From contig JBGQBE010000027.1 in assembly GCA_041494685.1 (NCBI GenBank), positions 1-41,282 on the forward strand: a stretch of DNA of 41,282 bases, read 5' to 3'. This document shows positions 31,069 through 40,604 of the stretch, piece by piece; the stretch's first letter is position 1, and the number at the start of each line of letters is the position of its first letter. Under the pieces are notes generated by a model. The model saw only the letters and a program-made list of their open reading frames with translations, ran no database searches and had not been told where the DNA came from. The stretch comes from Dehalococcoidia bacterium (GTDB taxonomy: Bacteria; Chloroflexota; Dehalococcoidia; DSTF01; JACRBR01). A program made the translations under genes and the position numbers.

Positions 31069-32106
31069 ATGAGCGACAGGCCACGGATCGTCATCATCGG
31101 CGCGGGCTTCATCACGCGGGTCGGGCACCTGCCGGGATACAAGGCGGCCGGCGCGGATGTCGTCGCGATCTGCGACCTCGTCGAGGCGCCGGCGCGCGCG
31201 CTGGCGGCGCAGTACGGCATCCCGAAGATTTACTCCGACTGGCGCGAGATGATCGAGACCGAGGAGCCGGACATCGTGAGCGTCTGCCTGCCGAACCGCT
31301 ACCACCGCGAGCCGACGCTCTTCGCGCTGGCCGCGGGCGCGCACGTCCTGTGCGAGAAGCCGATCGCCACGAGCGTCGCCGAGGCGCGGGAGATGTTCGC
31401 GGCCGCGGCGAAGGCCGGGCGGCACCTGATGGCCGCGCAGAACTGGCGCTGGGACGCGAACTCGCGCGCGATCCGCCGCATCGTCGACACGGGCGATCTC
31501 GGCGAGATCTACTACGGGGAGGCCACTGCGCTCCGGCGGTTGGGCATCCCGACATGGGGCGTCTTCCATCAGGCGGAGCACTCGCACGGCGGGGCGCTCC
31601 TCGATGTCGGCGTGCACATGCTCGACCTAGCGGTGTGGCTAATGGGCAACCCGGAGCCGGAGCGCGTTTCCGCCCAGACGCAGCGGAAGTTCGGCACGCG
31701 GCCGGAGATCGCGAAGCAGTTGCGCAACGCGTGGGACCCGGCGAAGTTCGACGTAGAGGACTTCGCGGTTGCGATGGTGCACTTCACGAACGGCGCGACG
31801 CTGCTGCTCCGCACGTCGTGGGCGACCCACGTCGACGCCGACACCTTCTCCGTCCGCCTCGTCGGCACTGAAGCCGGCGCGACGACCATCCCGCCGATGG
31901 TATACCGCAACCACGCCGGCATCCCGGCCGACGAGCACCTGCAGGTGCAGCCGATCAACTCCTACGAGCGGGAGATCTCCCACTGGCTGCGCGTAGTCGC
32001 GGGCAAGGAACAGCAGATCGTGACGCCGGAGGAGACCGTCAATGTGCAGCGGATCATCGAGGGGGCGTACCGCTCCGCCGCCGAGGGCCGCGAGGTCCCG
32101 GCGTAG
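31069..32106 (+). CDS. Gfo/Idh/MocA family oxidoreductase
   Basis: IIGAG.I, HVLCEKP, GGALLDVGVH, DVEDFA. Confidence 0.92.
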   Translation: MSDRPRIVIIGAGFITRVGHLPGYKAAGADVVAICDLVEAPARALAAQYGIPKIYSDWREMIETEEPDIVSVCLPNRYHREPTLFALAAGAHVLCEKPIATSVAEAREMFAAAAKAGRHLMAAQNWRWDANSRAIRRIVDTGDLGEIYYGEATALRRLGIPTWGVFHQAEHSHGGALLDVGVHMLDLAVWLMGNPEPERVSAQTQRKFGTRPEIAKQLRNAWDPAKFDVEDFAVAMVHFTNGATLLLRTSWATHVDADTFSVRLVGTEAGATTIPPMVYRNHAGIPADEHLQVQPINSYEREISHWLRVVAGKEQQIVTPEETVNVQRIIEGAYRSAAEGREVPA

Positions 32107-32112
32107 CAGGCG

Positions 32113-33351
32113 CTAGCCGCGCCAGGCGCCGCGGGCTACGGCCGGCACGAAGTCGCCGAGCTCCGCCGGGAACGTGACGGTGCGCCCGTCCTCGGCTGAC
32201 TTGTAGCAGGCCATCAGCACCTCCGTGACGGCGATGCCGTCGTGCCATGTCTCATCCGGCGTGCGGCCCGCGAGGAACGCCTGCACCATGTGGCGGTTCT
32301 CGGCGGTGTAGCCGTACTTCGCCGGCTCGTCCGCGATGACGGGCATCAGCCCCTGCTCCGCGTTCTGCTTCTCGACGAGATCCTCGCCCTCCGAGCCGCG
32401 GATCTTGCGGCCGAGGAACACCGTCAGGTCGGTGGTCAGGCTATCGACCTGCATCGCGTACTCGGGCCCCAGCAGCTCCGCCCGCAGGCGCAGCGCCGGC
32501 CCCACGAAGCTCCACGACGTCGTCGCCTCGATCAGCAGGTGCTCGCCGCCCGGGGCGCGCAGCGTGACGGCGGCGCGGGCGAAGTCCTCCGCCGGGGCCG
32601 TGCCGTAGTCGATGCGGCCGCCGCTCATCTCCTTGAGCAACGAAACGTACTCGGGCCGCGTCCACTTCAGCGACGCGATCTGCGCGTTCACCTCCTCGAC
32701 CTTGAGCGCCGAGCGCGGCTCACCCGGTGCGGCCAGCAAGTGGCGCGCGACCTCGTAGCTGTGGCAAAGCATGTCGTTGAGCACACCGCCGCCCTGGCGC
32801 TCGCCGCTCCAGAACCACGGCATGTGCGGGCCGCTGTGCTCTTCCGCCGCGCGCGCCAGGTACGGCCGCCCGGCGATCGGCACCGCGCGCCGCCAGACGA
32901 TCTCCTTGCCCCGCACGATCGACGGCTCGAACACCTGGTTCTCGAGGTAGCCGTGCAGCAGCGGCGTCGACTCGATCAGCTCGATCATCCGGCGCGCCTC
33001 GGCGAGATTGCGCGCCAGCGGCTTCTCGCACGCGACGCCGATCAGCGCGCCTTTGCCGCTCTTCACCGCATCGACGATCTCTTCGACGACGGCCACGCGC
33101 GTATCGTTGGTCGTCGCGATCCAGAGCGCATCCACGGCCGGGTCGGCGATCAGGTCCGTAATCGAGCGGTGCACCTTCGGCGTGCCGACCCCGAGGTCGC
33201 GCGACGTCGCCGCCAGCAATTCGGCGTTGGCCCGGGTGGGGCTGAATACGCCGGCCACTTCGCAATCGCGCACCCCCACGAGGCTGGCCACGTGAAAGCG
33301 GTTCATGAACCCCGCGCCGACGAATCCGATCCCCAGCGGTTTGCGTGCCAT
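32113..33351 (-). CDS. Gfo/Idh/MocA family oxidoreductase
   Basis: IGFVGAGF, ACEKPL, YLEN, GGGVLNDMLCH. Confidence 0.88.
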   Translation of the reverse strand: MARKPLGIGFVGAGFMNRFHVASLVGVRDCEVAGVFSPTRANAELLAATSRDLGVGTPKVHRSITDLIADPAVDALWIATTNDTRVAVVEEIVDAVKSGKGALIGVACEKPLARNLAEARRMIELIESTPLLHGYLENQVFEPSIVRGKEIVWRRAVPIAGRPYLARAAEEHSGPHMPWFWSGERQGGGVLNDMLCHSYEVARHLLAAPGEPRSALKVEEVNAQIASLKWTRPEYVSLLKEMSGGRIDYGTAPAEDFARAAVTLRAPGGEHLLIEATTSWSFVGPALRLRAELLGPEYAMQVDSLTTDLTVFLGRKIRGSEGEDLVEKQNAEQGLMPVIADEPAKYGYTAENRHMVQAFLAGRTPDETWHDGIAVTEVLMACYKSAEDGRTVTFPAELGDFVPAVARGAWRG

Positions 33352-33557
33352 GGCTGCTGCTCCTCCCGGTCGATGCGTCCTGCTGCGACGCATTGTGCCA
33401 GACGCGTACCTGAGAGGTTACCGGTGCGCGAGGCGTAAGGGGCGAGCGAGGGCTGGAGCGGCCCGCGCCCGCACGCCTATACTGACGCCGCCGCAACCCA
33501 GGCGGACCCGGATGCGGGCGGCGCGGCGTCCGGTATCGAAGGTTGGTCCGCTTCCGC

Positions 33558-34892
33558 ATGGCGACGACGGCGTTCCGCCTGCCCCTTCTGCTGATCGTTG
33601 CGACGCTCCTCGCCGCGGTGACTGCCCTCGCGATCGTCGCGGGGAGCTGGTTTCCCTTGGCGCTCGTGGCGTGCGGCGCCGTAGCCGCCGTCGTCGTGAT
33701 CGTCGCGCTGGCCGCGTGGCTGTTCCGCGGGGTGCGGCACGGCGAGGAGCGGCTCGTCGCGCGCAACCGCCAGATGGCCGCCGTGCAGCTCGCGGCGACC
33801 AGTCTCTCTACCGAGTCCGAGATGCGCGCCATCCTGGACCGCACGGTGGAGCTGAGCCGCGAGATCACGGGCGCGCGCTACGGTGCGCTCGCCGTCCGCA
33901 ACGCCGACGGCTCGATCGCCGAGTTCATCACCTCCGGCATTAGCGATGAGAATCGGCAACAGATCGGCCATCCTCCGATCGGGCGCGGCCTGCTCGGCGT
34001 GATCATTAGCCAGTCCACCGCGCTCCGGCTGCCCGACATGACCGCCGATCCTCGCGCCGCGGGATTCCCGCCCCATCACCCGCCGATGAAGCGCCTTCTC
34101 GGAGTGCCCATCACATGGAAGGCTGCCACGATCGGCAACCTCTACCTGACCGACAAGGTCACGGGCGAAACGTTCTCCGCGGACGACGAAGAGATGCTGA
34201 CGATCTTCGCTGCCCACGCCGCCGTCGCCGTGGCGACCGCGACGATGCAGCGGGACACGCGGGCGCTGGCCGTGCTGCGCGAGCGCGAGCGCATTGCCAT
34301 GGACCTCCACGACGGCATTATCCAGTCGATCTACGCCGTCAGCCTCGGGCTGGACGCGGTCGCCGAGGACGTGGTGGAGGACCCCCCGCGGGCGCGCGAC
34401 GGGCTGGAGACGGCGATCGAGCACCTCGACGGGGTCATCCGCGACGTACGGAGCTATATCTTCGAGCTAAAGCCCGCGCAGCTCACCGAGGATCTCGCGG
34501 CGTCGCTGGTGAATCTGGTGGCGGATTTCCGTGTCAATTCGCTGGTCGACGCCTCCGCGCAGATCGACGAGACGCTGCCATCTCTGAGTGAAGTGCAGCG
34601 CCTGGGGCTATTCCACGTCGCGAAGGAAGCGCTCGTGAACGCGCGCAAGCACGCAAACGCCACGTCGGTGATCCTCTCCCTGTCCGCGAGAGACGGTATG
34701 ATACAACTGGATGTCCGGGACAACGGGCGCGGCTTCGACATCTCGCCCAGCGTGTCAGCGGAGCATCGCGGCCTGCTGAACATGGCGTCGCGGGCGCGGG
34801 AAGCCGGCGGCACGTTCAGCGTCGTGAGCGCGCCGGGCAGCGGAACGACGGTCACCATGGTGATCGGCACAGACTCGGAGGCCGAAGCATGA
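33558..34892 (+). CDS. GAF-domain sensor histidine kinase (HisKA_3, DosS/DosT-like) with two N-terminal TM helices
   Basis: ARYGAL, GRGLLG, GFPPHHPPM..LLGVPI, GNLYLTDK; H-box ERERIAMDLHD.IIQ; N-box EALVNARKHA; DNGRGF. Confidence 0.9.
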   Translation: MATTAFRLPLLLIVATLLAAVTALAIVAGSWFPLALVACGAVAAVVVIVALAAWLFRGVRHGEERLVARNRQMAAVQLAATSLSTESEMRAILDRTVELSREITGARYGALAVRNADGSIAEFITSGISDENRQQIGHPPIGRGLLGVIISQSTALRLPDMTADPRAAGFPPHHPPMKRLLGVPITWKAATIGNLYLTDKVTGETFSADDEEMLTIFAAHAAVAVATATMQRDTRALAVLRERERIAMDLHDGIIQSIYAVSLGLDAVAEDVVEDPPRARDGLETAIEHLDGVIRDVRSYIFELKPAQLTEDLAASLVNLVADFRVNSLVDASAQIDETLPSLSEVQRLGLFHVAKEALVNARKHANATSVILSLSARDGMIQLDVRDNGRGFDISPSVSAEHRGLLNMASRAREAGGTFSVVSAPGSGTTVTMVIGTDSEAEA

Positions 34893-35530
34893 CGCGGATC
34901 CTCATCGTTGACGACCACGACGTGGTGCGCGAAGGCCTGAAGTCGCTGCTGCGGCGGCGGCCCGGCTTCGACGTCGTGTCGCAGGCCGCGAACGTCGAGG
35001 AGGCGATCTCGGAGGCACGGCGGACGCAGCCCGACGTGATCGTGATGGATGTGCGCTTGCCGGACGGCAGCGGCATCGAGGCCTGCCGCGAGATCCGCGA
35101 GGAGCGCCCGGAGACGAAGGTGATCATCCTCACGTCGTACGCTGATGACGAGGCCGTCTTCGCCTCCATCCTGGCGGGCGCGTCGGGCTACGTCCTGAAG
35201 CAGACGCGCGGAAGTGCGCTGGCCGACGCGATCGAGGCGGTCGCGCGCGGCGAGTCGCTGCTGGACTCCGCCGTGACGCAGAAGGTGATCGAGCGCCTGC
35301 GCGGCGCGTCGGAGCGCAAGGCGGACGACCCGCTGGGCTCGCTGACGGAGCAGGAGCACAAGATCCTCGCGCTGATCGCGCAAGGCAAGACGAACAAGGA
35401 GATCGCCGGCGAGGTGTTCCTCAGCGACAAGACGGTGAAGAACTACGTCAGCAGCATCCTCAACAAGCTGCACTTGCGCCGCCGCTCCGAGGCGGCCGCA
35501 TTCATCGCACGGCTCGAGCCGCCGCAGTAG
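34889..35530 (+). CDS. NarL/FixJ-family response regulator (DosR/DevR-like)
   Basis: VDDH.VVR.G, MDVRLPDG.GIE.CR, DEA....ILAGASGYV.K, LuxR HTH TNKEIA..LSDKTVKNYVS. ATGA overlap with the kinase. Confidence 0.93.
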   Translation: MTRILIVDDHDVVREGLKSLLRRRPGFDVVSQAANVEEAISEARRTQPDVIVMDVRLPDGSGIEACREIREERPETKVIILTSYADDEAVFASILAGASGYVLKQTRGSALADAIEAVARGESLLDSAVTQKVIERLRGASERKADDPLGSLTEQEHKILALIAQGKTNKEIAGEVFLSDKTVKNYVSSILNKLHLRRRSEAAAFIARLEPPQ

Positions 35531-35533
35531 CAG

Positions 35534-36889
35534 TTACTCCGGCGGGTTGCCGCGCTCCTTGGCGCGTCGGCCTTCCCACCCGCGATCCGTCGGCCGGTAG
35601 TAGCGGTGGCCGGCCACGCGGTCGGGCAGGTGCTGCTGCTCCGCGACGCCCCCCTCGTAGTCGTGCGCGTACTTGTAGCCCTGGCCGTAGCCCATCTGCT
35701 GCATCAGTCCGGTGACCGCGTTACGCAGGTGCAGCGGCACCGGGTCGTTCCGCGTGAGCTGCACGTCGCGCATCGCCGCCTGGTACGCCGATCCGGTGCT
35801 GTTGCTCTTGGGCGCCAGCGCCAGGTACAGCGCGGTCTCAGCCAGGGAGTAGAAGCCCTCCGGCATGCCGATGAAGTGCACCGCCTGCTGGCACGCCGTC
35901 GCGACGAGCAGCGCCATGGGATCGGCCAGCCCGACATCCTCCGACGCCAGGATCACCATCCTCCGCACGATGAACAGCGGATCCTCGCCCGCCTCGACCA
36001 TGCGGCCGAGCCAGTAGAGCGCCGCGTCCGGGTCGGAGCCGCGCAGCGACTTGATGAACGCCGAGATCGTGTCGTAATGGGCGTCGCCCTGCCGGTCGTA
36101 CAGGTACGTGCGGTGCTGCAGCGCCTCCTCGATGTCCGCGACGGCGACGTGCGCTGCTTCGGGGTGGCGGGCGCGTGCCGCCAGCACTGCCGCTTCGAGC
36201 GCGTTCAGTGCCGTGCGGGCATCACCGCCCGTCGAGGCTGCCAGCGAGGCGATCGCGTCCTCGTCTACCGTGGCACCGGCGCTGCCGAGTCCGCGCTCGG
36301 CGTCGTCGAGCGCGCGGCGCAGGATGCGCTCGATGCTCTCCGGCTCGAGCTGCTTGAGCGCGAAGACGCGGGAGCGCGAGAGCAGCGGGCCGATCACCTC
36401 GAACGATGGGTTCTCGGTCGTAGCGCCGATCAGCGTCACCGTACCGTCCTCGACGAACGGCAGGATCGCGTCCTGCTGCGCCTTGTTGAAGCGGTGGATC
36501 TCGTCGATGAACAGCACGGTGCGGCCGCCGCCCGCGCGCAGGCGGTCGCGCGCCTCGGCGACAACGCGGCGCAGATCCGCGACGCCGGCCGACACGGCCG
36601 AGATCGGCACGAAGGTCGCGTGTGTGTGCTGGGCGATGATGCGGGCGAGCGTTGTCTTGCCGGTCCCGGGAGAGCCCCAGAGGATCATCGACGGCAGGTT
36701 GTCAGCCTCGACGAGGCGCCGCAGGATCTTGCCCTCGCCGACTATGTGCTCCTGCCCGGCGTAGTCGTCGAAGCTGCGCGGCCGCATGCGCGCGGCGAGC
36801 GGTGCGCCGGCGTGCGGGGCATCGTCGCCGCTGTCCGTGGCGGCGGGGTCGAACATCGGGGCGGAGCGCGGCGTCGGTCGGCGTGGCAT
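35534..36889 (-). CDS. rarA: Replication-associated recombination protein A
   Basis: PLAARMRP, GSPGTGKTT, DEIHRFNKAQQD, ATTENP, SAFIKSLRGSDPDA, VPLHLRN. Confidence 0.95.
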   Translation of the reverse strand: MPRRPTPRSAPMFDPAATDSGDDAPHAGAPLAARMRPRSFDDYAGQEHIVGEGKILRRLVEADNLPSMILWGSPGTGKTTLARIIAQHTHATFVPISAVSAGVADLRRVVAEARDRLRAGGGRTVLFIDEIHRFNKAQQDAILPFVEDGTVTLIGATTENPSFEVIGPLLSRSRVFALKQLEPESIERILRRALDDAERGLGSAGATVDEDAIASLAASTGGDARTALNALEAAVLAARARHPEAAHVAVADIEEALQHRTYLYDRQGDAHYDTISAFIKSLRGSDPDAALYWLGRMVEAGEDPLFIVRRMVILASEDVGLADPMALLVATACQQAVHFIGMPEGFYSLAETALYLALAPKSNSTGSAYQAAMRDVQLTRNDPVPLHLRNAVTGLMQQMGYGQGYKYAHDYEGGVAEQQHLPDRVAGHRYYRPTDRGWEGRRAKERGNPPE

Positions 36890-36914
36890 GGGCGCAGTGT
36901 AGCGGGCGGGCCCG

Positions 36915-37763
36915 CTAGATCGTGTTGAAGCGGTCCAGGAACGGCAGATCGCTGAAGTAGCCGTTGAAGACCGTCATCTCGTTGGCCAGCAGCAGCACGC
37001 CGACGAAGATCACGATGACGCCCGCCACGATCTCCGCCACGGGCACGAGGCCGCGGTGGCGGCGCAGGAAGCCTGTGACAGGCACGACAGCCAGCCCCGT
37101 GAGCATGAACGGCACGCCCAGCCCCAGCGAGTACACCAGCAGCAGGTACGCGCCCTTTGCGACATCGGCGGACGTCACCGCCAGGCCGAGGATCGCCCCC
37201 AGCACCGGCCCGATGCAGGGCGTCCAGCCGAGCGCGAAGGTAGAGCCGACCCCGAACGACTTGAGGTACTGGAACCCCCACGCGGGTGACCGCGCCGGAG
37301 CCACGAGGACGCCGCCTCCGCCGCCGGCGCCCACCGTCACGGTCGCAGGCGCGCGGAATGACTCCAGAGAGTATGTGCGGTACAGCAGGGGGATGCGGAT
37401 GACACCGATCACGTTCAGCCCCAGGAAGATCAGGAAGACCGCACCGATCTGCGCCAGCAGGCGCTGGTGGTCGCGGATCAGAAACGCGTGGTTGTCGCCG
37501 AGCGTCGCCGAGAGCAGGCCGACCGATGCCCCGATCAGCGTGAACACGGCCGTGAAGCCGAGGACGAACGCCGCCGCGTGACTGACGGTCTCACGGCGGT
37601 CGTTGCCGCCCGGCTCGAGCGTGGCCGTGGTGCCCGTCAGGTGCGCCAGGTACGCGGGCACGAGCGGCAGCACGCAGGGCGACAGGAACGAGATCACGCC
37701 CGCCGCGAAGGCGAAGAAGATGCCGTACGGTCCCGTCAGGTAATCGACCCAGCCCTCGGTCAT
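36915..37763 (-). CDS. ccdA: Cytochrome c biogenesis protein CcdA
   Basis: SFLSPCVLPLVP and GWTPCIGP redox Cys motifs, multiple TM segments. Confidence 0.92.
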   Translation of the reverse strand: MTEGWVDYLTGPYGIFFAFAAGVISFLSPCVLPLVPAYLAHLTGTTATLEPGGNDRRETVSHAAAFVLGFTAVFTLIGASVGLLSATLGDNHAFLIRDHQRLLAQIGAVFLIFLGLNVIGVIRIPLLYRTYSLESFRAPATVTVGAGGGGGVLVAPARSPAWGFQYLKSFGVGSTFALGWTPCIGPVLGAILGLAVTSADVAKGAYLLLVYSLGLGVPFMLTGLAVVPVTGFLRRHRGLVPVAEIVAGVIVIFVGVLLLANEMTVFNGYFSDLPFLDRFNTI

Positions 37764-37769
37764 GCGCTC

Positions 37770-37994
37770 CTAGTCAAACGGCGAATCGGACGGCTGCGGG
37801 ATGCCCAGCAGCGCCAGCCGCGCCTGGTCGTAGCGTTCCTTGGCGCGCGCCTCACGGTTCAGCAATCCCTTGAACTGGTCGCCGACCAGCGTCTCTGTGC
37901 CGTCGAGAAAGACGGCGTGCAGGTCCTGGAGTTGCCGCTGCCAGTCGTCGTACGCCTTGAGGTACGCTGCCCGTCGCTCGTCGCTCACCTTCAC
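37770..37994 (-). CDS. Small helical hypothetical protein
   Basis: Amphipathic two-helix ORF of about 74 aa, co-oriented just upstream of ccdA. GTG start is uncertain. Confidence 0.6.
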   Translation of the reverse strand: MKVSDERRAAYLKAYDDWQRQLQDLHAVFLDGTETLVGDQFKGLLNREARAKERYDQARLALLGIPQPSDSPFD

Positions 37995-38046
37995 GTGTTG
38001 CCTCCGGGCGAGACCCAGGCCCGCATACAGGCTAGCGCGTCCGAGG

Positions 38047-38178
38047 CTACGGGCGGTAGCGCGCACCTGTTACGGGCGCCGGCAGTTGGCCGCTTTGCGC
38101 GCCCGCTTGCACGACGAACGAGAGCCCGGCCGCCACGGCCATCGCCAGCACCACCAGCACCAGCAGAAACGTCCTCAT
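38047..38178 (-). CDS. Small single-TM or secreted protein (43 aa)
   Basis: Strong GGAGGTGA SD. MRTFLLVLVVLAMAVAAGLSFVV is a signal/TM-like segment. Confidence 0.5.
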   Translation of the reverse strand: MRTFLLVLVVLAMAVAAGLSFVVQAGAQSGQLPAPVTGARYRP

Positions 38179-38364
38179 CACGTCACCTCCGGGTGTGTCT
38201 GTGGGCAGCATCGCGCTGCGGACGCCGCCGCACACTACGCGATGCCGACGGCTTGCCCACGCCCGCCCGTGTCAGACTCGCCGTCGATCTGGCGCCGAGT
38301 CTGTTGCCTGCTCCGCGTACTCCCTACAATGCCCACACGCCGGACGCACGACGAAGGAGCGACC

Positions 38365-39702
38365 ATGGTCCCCGGAACGCCGCCGCGCATCGACTGGGAC
38401 GCCGTCACTGAAGAGGCGACCCGGCTGCTGTCCGAGTTCATCCGCATCGATACGTCGAACCCGCCCGGCCGGGAGCTGGCCGCCTGCGAGTGGCTTGCCG
38501 GCCTGCTGCGGGCCGAAGGCATCGACGACATCGCCTTCTATGACGCCTCGAACAATGGCGAACACGGCGCCGAGCGCATGAACATGACGGCGACGATGGC
38601 CGGCGACGGCACGAAAGCGCCGCTGATCCTGCTCAGCCACACCGACGTCGTGCCCGTCGAGCGCCAGTATTGGGACTTCGAACCGTTCTCCGGCGCCGTG
38701 GTCGACGGCGTGATCTACGGGCGCGGGGCGCTGGACATGAAGTCGATGGGCATCATGGAGCTGATGGCGATGTTCATCATCAAGCGCCACCGGCTTCCGC
38801 ACACACGCGATATCGTCTACATGGCGCTGGCCGACGAAGAGGCGGGCGGCGCGTGGGGCATCGATTGGATGGAGCAGCACCATCCGGAGCTGCTCGACGC
38901 GGAGTACGTGATCAACGAGGGCGGCTGGGGCAACGCCGAGGTCTTCGGCGTGCGCCGGCCCGCCTTCAACTGCTCGGTGAGCGAGAAGGGGCCGCTCTGG
39001 CTGAAACTCGTGGCCGAGGGGCGGCCCGGCCACGGCTCCGTGCCGCACCCGGACAACGCGCTCGATCGGCTCGTACGGGCGCTGGCGAAAGTGCAGGAGT
39101 GGTCGCGCCCGGTGGAGGTGGTGCCGGAATTGCGCAACTACTTCGACCGGCTCTACCGCGGCCGCGTGCTGGACGCGGAGCCGACGCAGACGTCGCTGGA
39201 GCAGCTCGCCGACAGGAACCTGCTTGCGAAGGCGATCCTCACCAACACCGTCAGCGCGACGACCGCACGTGCCGGCATGAAGCACAACGTTATCCCGGGC
39301 ATAGCCGAGGCGACGTTGGACTGCCGCCTGCTGCCGGGCCAGGATCCGGACGCCTTCACGCAGCAAGTCCGCGACATCATCGGCGACCCGAAGGTGCGCG
39401 TGGAGACGGTGTTCGCGTCCAGCACGCCGGCTTCGCCCATCGCGACGGAGCTCTTCGGCATCATCGAGCAGACGGTGCACGACCACGTGGAGGACGCGCT
39501 CGTGCTTCCGAGCGTGTCGGCCGGCTTCACCGACTCGCGCGTCTTCCGGAAGCACGGCATCACGTCGTACGGCTTCATCCCGTACCTGCTGGAGCAGGAC
39601 GAGGCGATGACCGTACACGGGCACAACGAGCGCATCACCGTCGAGAACCTGCGGCTCGGCACGCAGATCCTGTTCGAGACGGTGAGGAGAATCTGCAGCT
39701 AG
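38365..39702 (+). CDS. M20 family metallo-hydrolase (ArgE/DapE/Acy1-like)
   Basis: SHTDVVP, GRGALDMK, ADEEAGG, NEGG, GHGSVP, HGHNE. AAGGAG SD. Confidence 0.92.
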   Translation: MVPGTPPRIDWDAVTEEATRLLSEFIRIDTSNPPGRELAACEWLAGLLRAEGIDDIAFYDASNNGEHGAERMNMTATMAGDGTKAPLILLSHTDVVPVERQYWDFEPFSGAVVDGVIYGRGALDMKSMGIMELMAMFIIKRHRLPHTRDIVYMALADEEAGGAWGIDWMEQHHPELLDAEYVINEGGWGNAEVFGVRRPAFNCSVSEKGPLWLKLVAEGRPGHGSVPHPDNALDRLVRALAKVQEWSRPVEVVPELRNYFDRLYRGRVLDAEPTQTSLEQLADRNLLAKAILTNTVSATTARAGMKHNVIPGIAEATLDCRLLPGQDPDAFTQQVRDIIGDPKVRVETVFASSTPASPIATELFGIIEQTVHDHVEDALVLPSVSAGFTDSRVFRKHGITSYGFIPYLLEQDEAMTVHGHNERITVENLRLGTQILFETVRRICS

Positions 39703-39750
39703 GCGCGGCGAGCGCCGCCAGCATGCGGTAAGGATGGAGGGTCAGAGAAG

Positions 39751-40500
39751 ATGAACGTGGACGACATCAAGCTGGTCGGCGTCATGGGTGGCGGCGTCAT
39801 GGGCGGTGGCATCGCGCAGACCTTCGCGGCGCACGGCTTCAAGACGATCATCCGCGACCTGAACGACGACCTGATCGAGAAGACGCGCGCGTCGATGGTC
39901 GAGGGCCGCTTCGGCCTCAAGGGCTCCGTCGAGCGCGGCAAGATGACGCAGGTGGAGTTCGATGCGACGCTGGCGCGGTTCTCGTTCACGAAGGACGTGA
40001 CCGACCTGCGTGACTGCGACCTCGTCGTGGAGGCCGTACCCGAGAACCTGGACCTCAAGAAGAGCGTGTTCTCGGAACTCGACGCCGTGGTGAAGAAGGA
40101 GGCGATCTTCGCCACCAACACCTCCGGCTTCGCGATCTCCGACGTCAACAAGGCCGTCTCGCGCCGCGACCGGTTCATCGGGTTCCACTGGTTCAGCCCG
40201 GCCTACATCATGAAGCCGGTCGAGCTGATCTACGCGCCCGAGACCTCGCAGGCGACGATCGACACCATGCTCGCGCTGGCCGAGCGCCTCGGCAAGGTGG
40301 CGATCCGCGTGAAGGACGCGCCCGGCAAGTACGGCTTCGTCGCCAACCGCATCTACTTCGCGATGGTCGCCGAGGCGCGCAAGGTGCTGGACGACGGCAT
40401 CGCCAGCGCCGACGACATCAACGCGGCGATGCGGCTGGGATTCAACTGGCCGGCCGGCCCGCTGGAGATGGTGCAGGGCGCGCGCAAAGGCTGGCAGTAG
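39751..40500 (+). CDS. 3-hydroxyacyl-CoA dehydrogenase family protein (short)
   Basis: GGGVMGGGIA, VEAVPE...K, ATNTS, HWFSP, GFVANRI, G.NWP.GPL. Confidence 0.9.
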   Translation: MNVDDIKLVGVMGGGVMGGGIAQTFAAHGFKTIIRDLNDDLIEKTRASMVEGRFGLKGSVERGKMTQVEFDATLARFSFTKDVTDLRDCDLVVEAVPENLDLKKSVFSELDAVVKKEAIFATNTSGFAISDVNKAVSRRDRFIGFHWFSPAYIMKPVELIYAPETSQATIDTMLALAERLGKVAIRVKDAPGKYGFVANRIYFAMVAEARKVLDDGIASADDINAAMRLGFNWPAGPLEMVQGARKGWQ

Positions 40501-40512
40501 GCGCTTCGCGCC

Positions 40513-40594
40513 CAACAGACAACAGACAGCAGACAACAGAGGGAGACGAAGATGTTTGATGCGCGTTCTGTTGTCCGCTGCCTGTTGTCTGTTC
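40513..40594. repeat. Palindromic intergenic element built from 7-bp tandem units (copy 2)
   Basis: Left arm CAACAGA-CAACAGA-CAGCAGA-CAACAGA, 26-nt spacer, right arm TCTGTTG-TCCGCTG-CCTGTTG-TCTGTTC. Confidence 0.8.
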
Positions 40595-40604
40595 TGCTTC
40601 TGCC

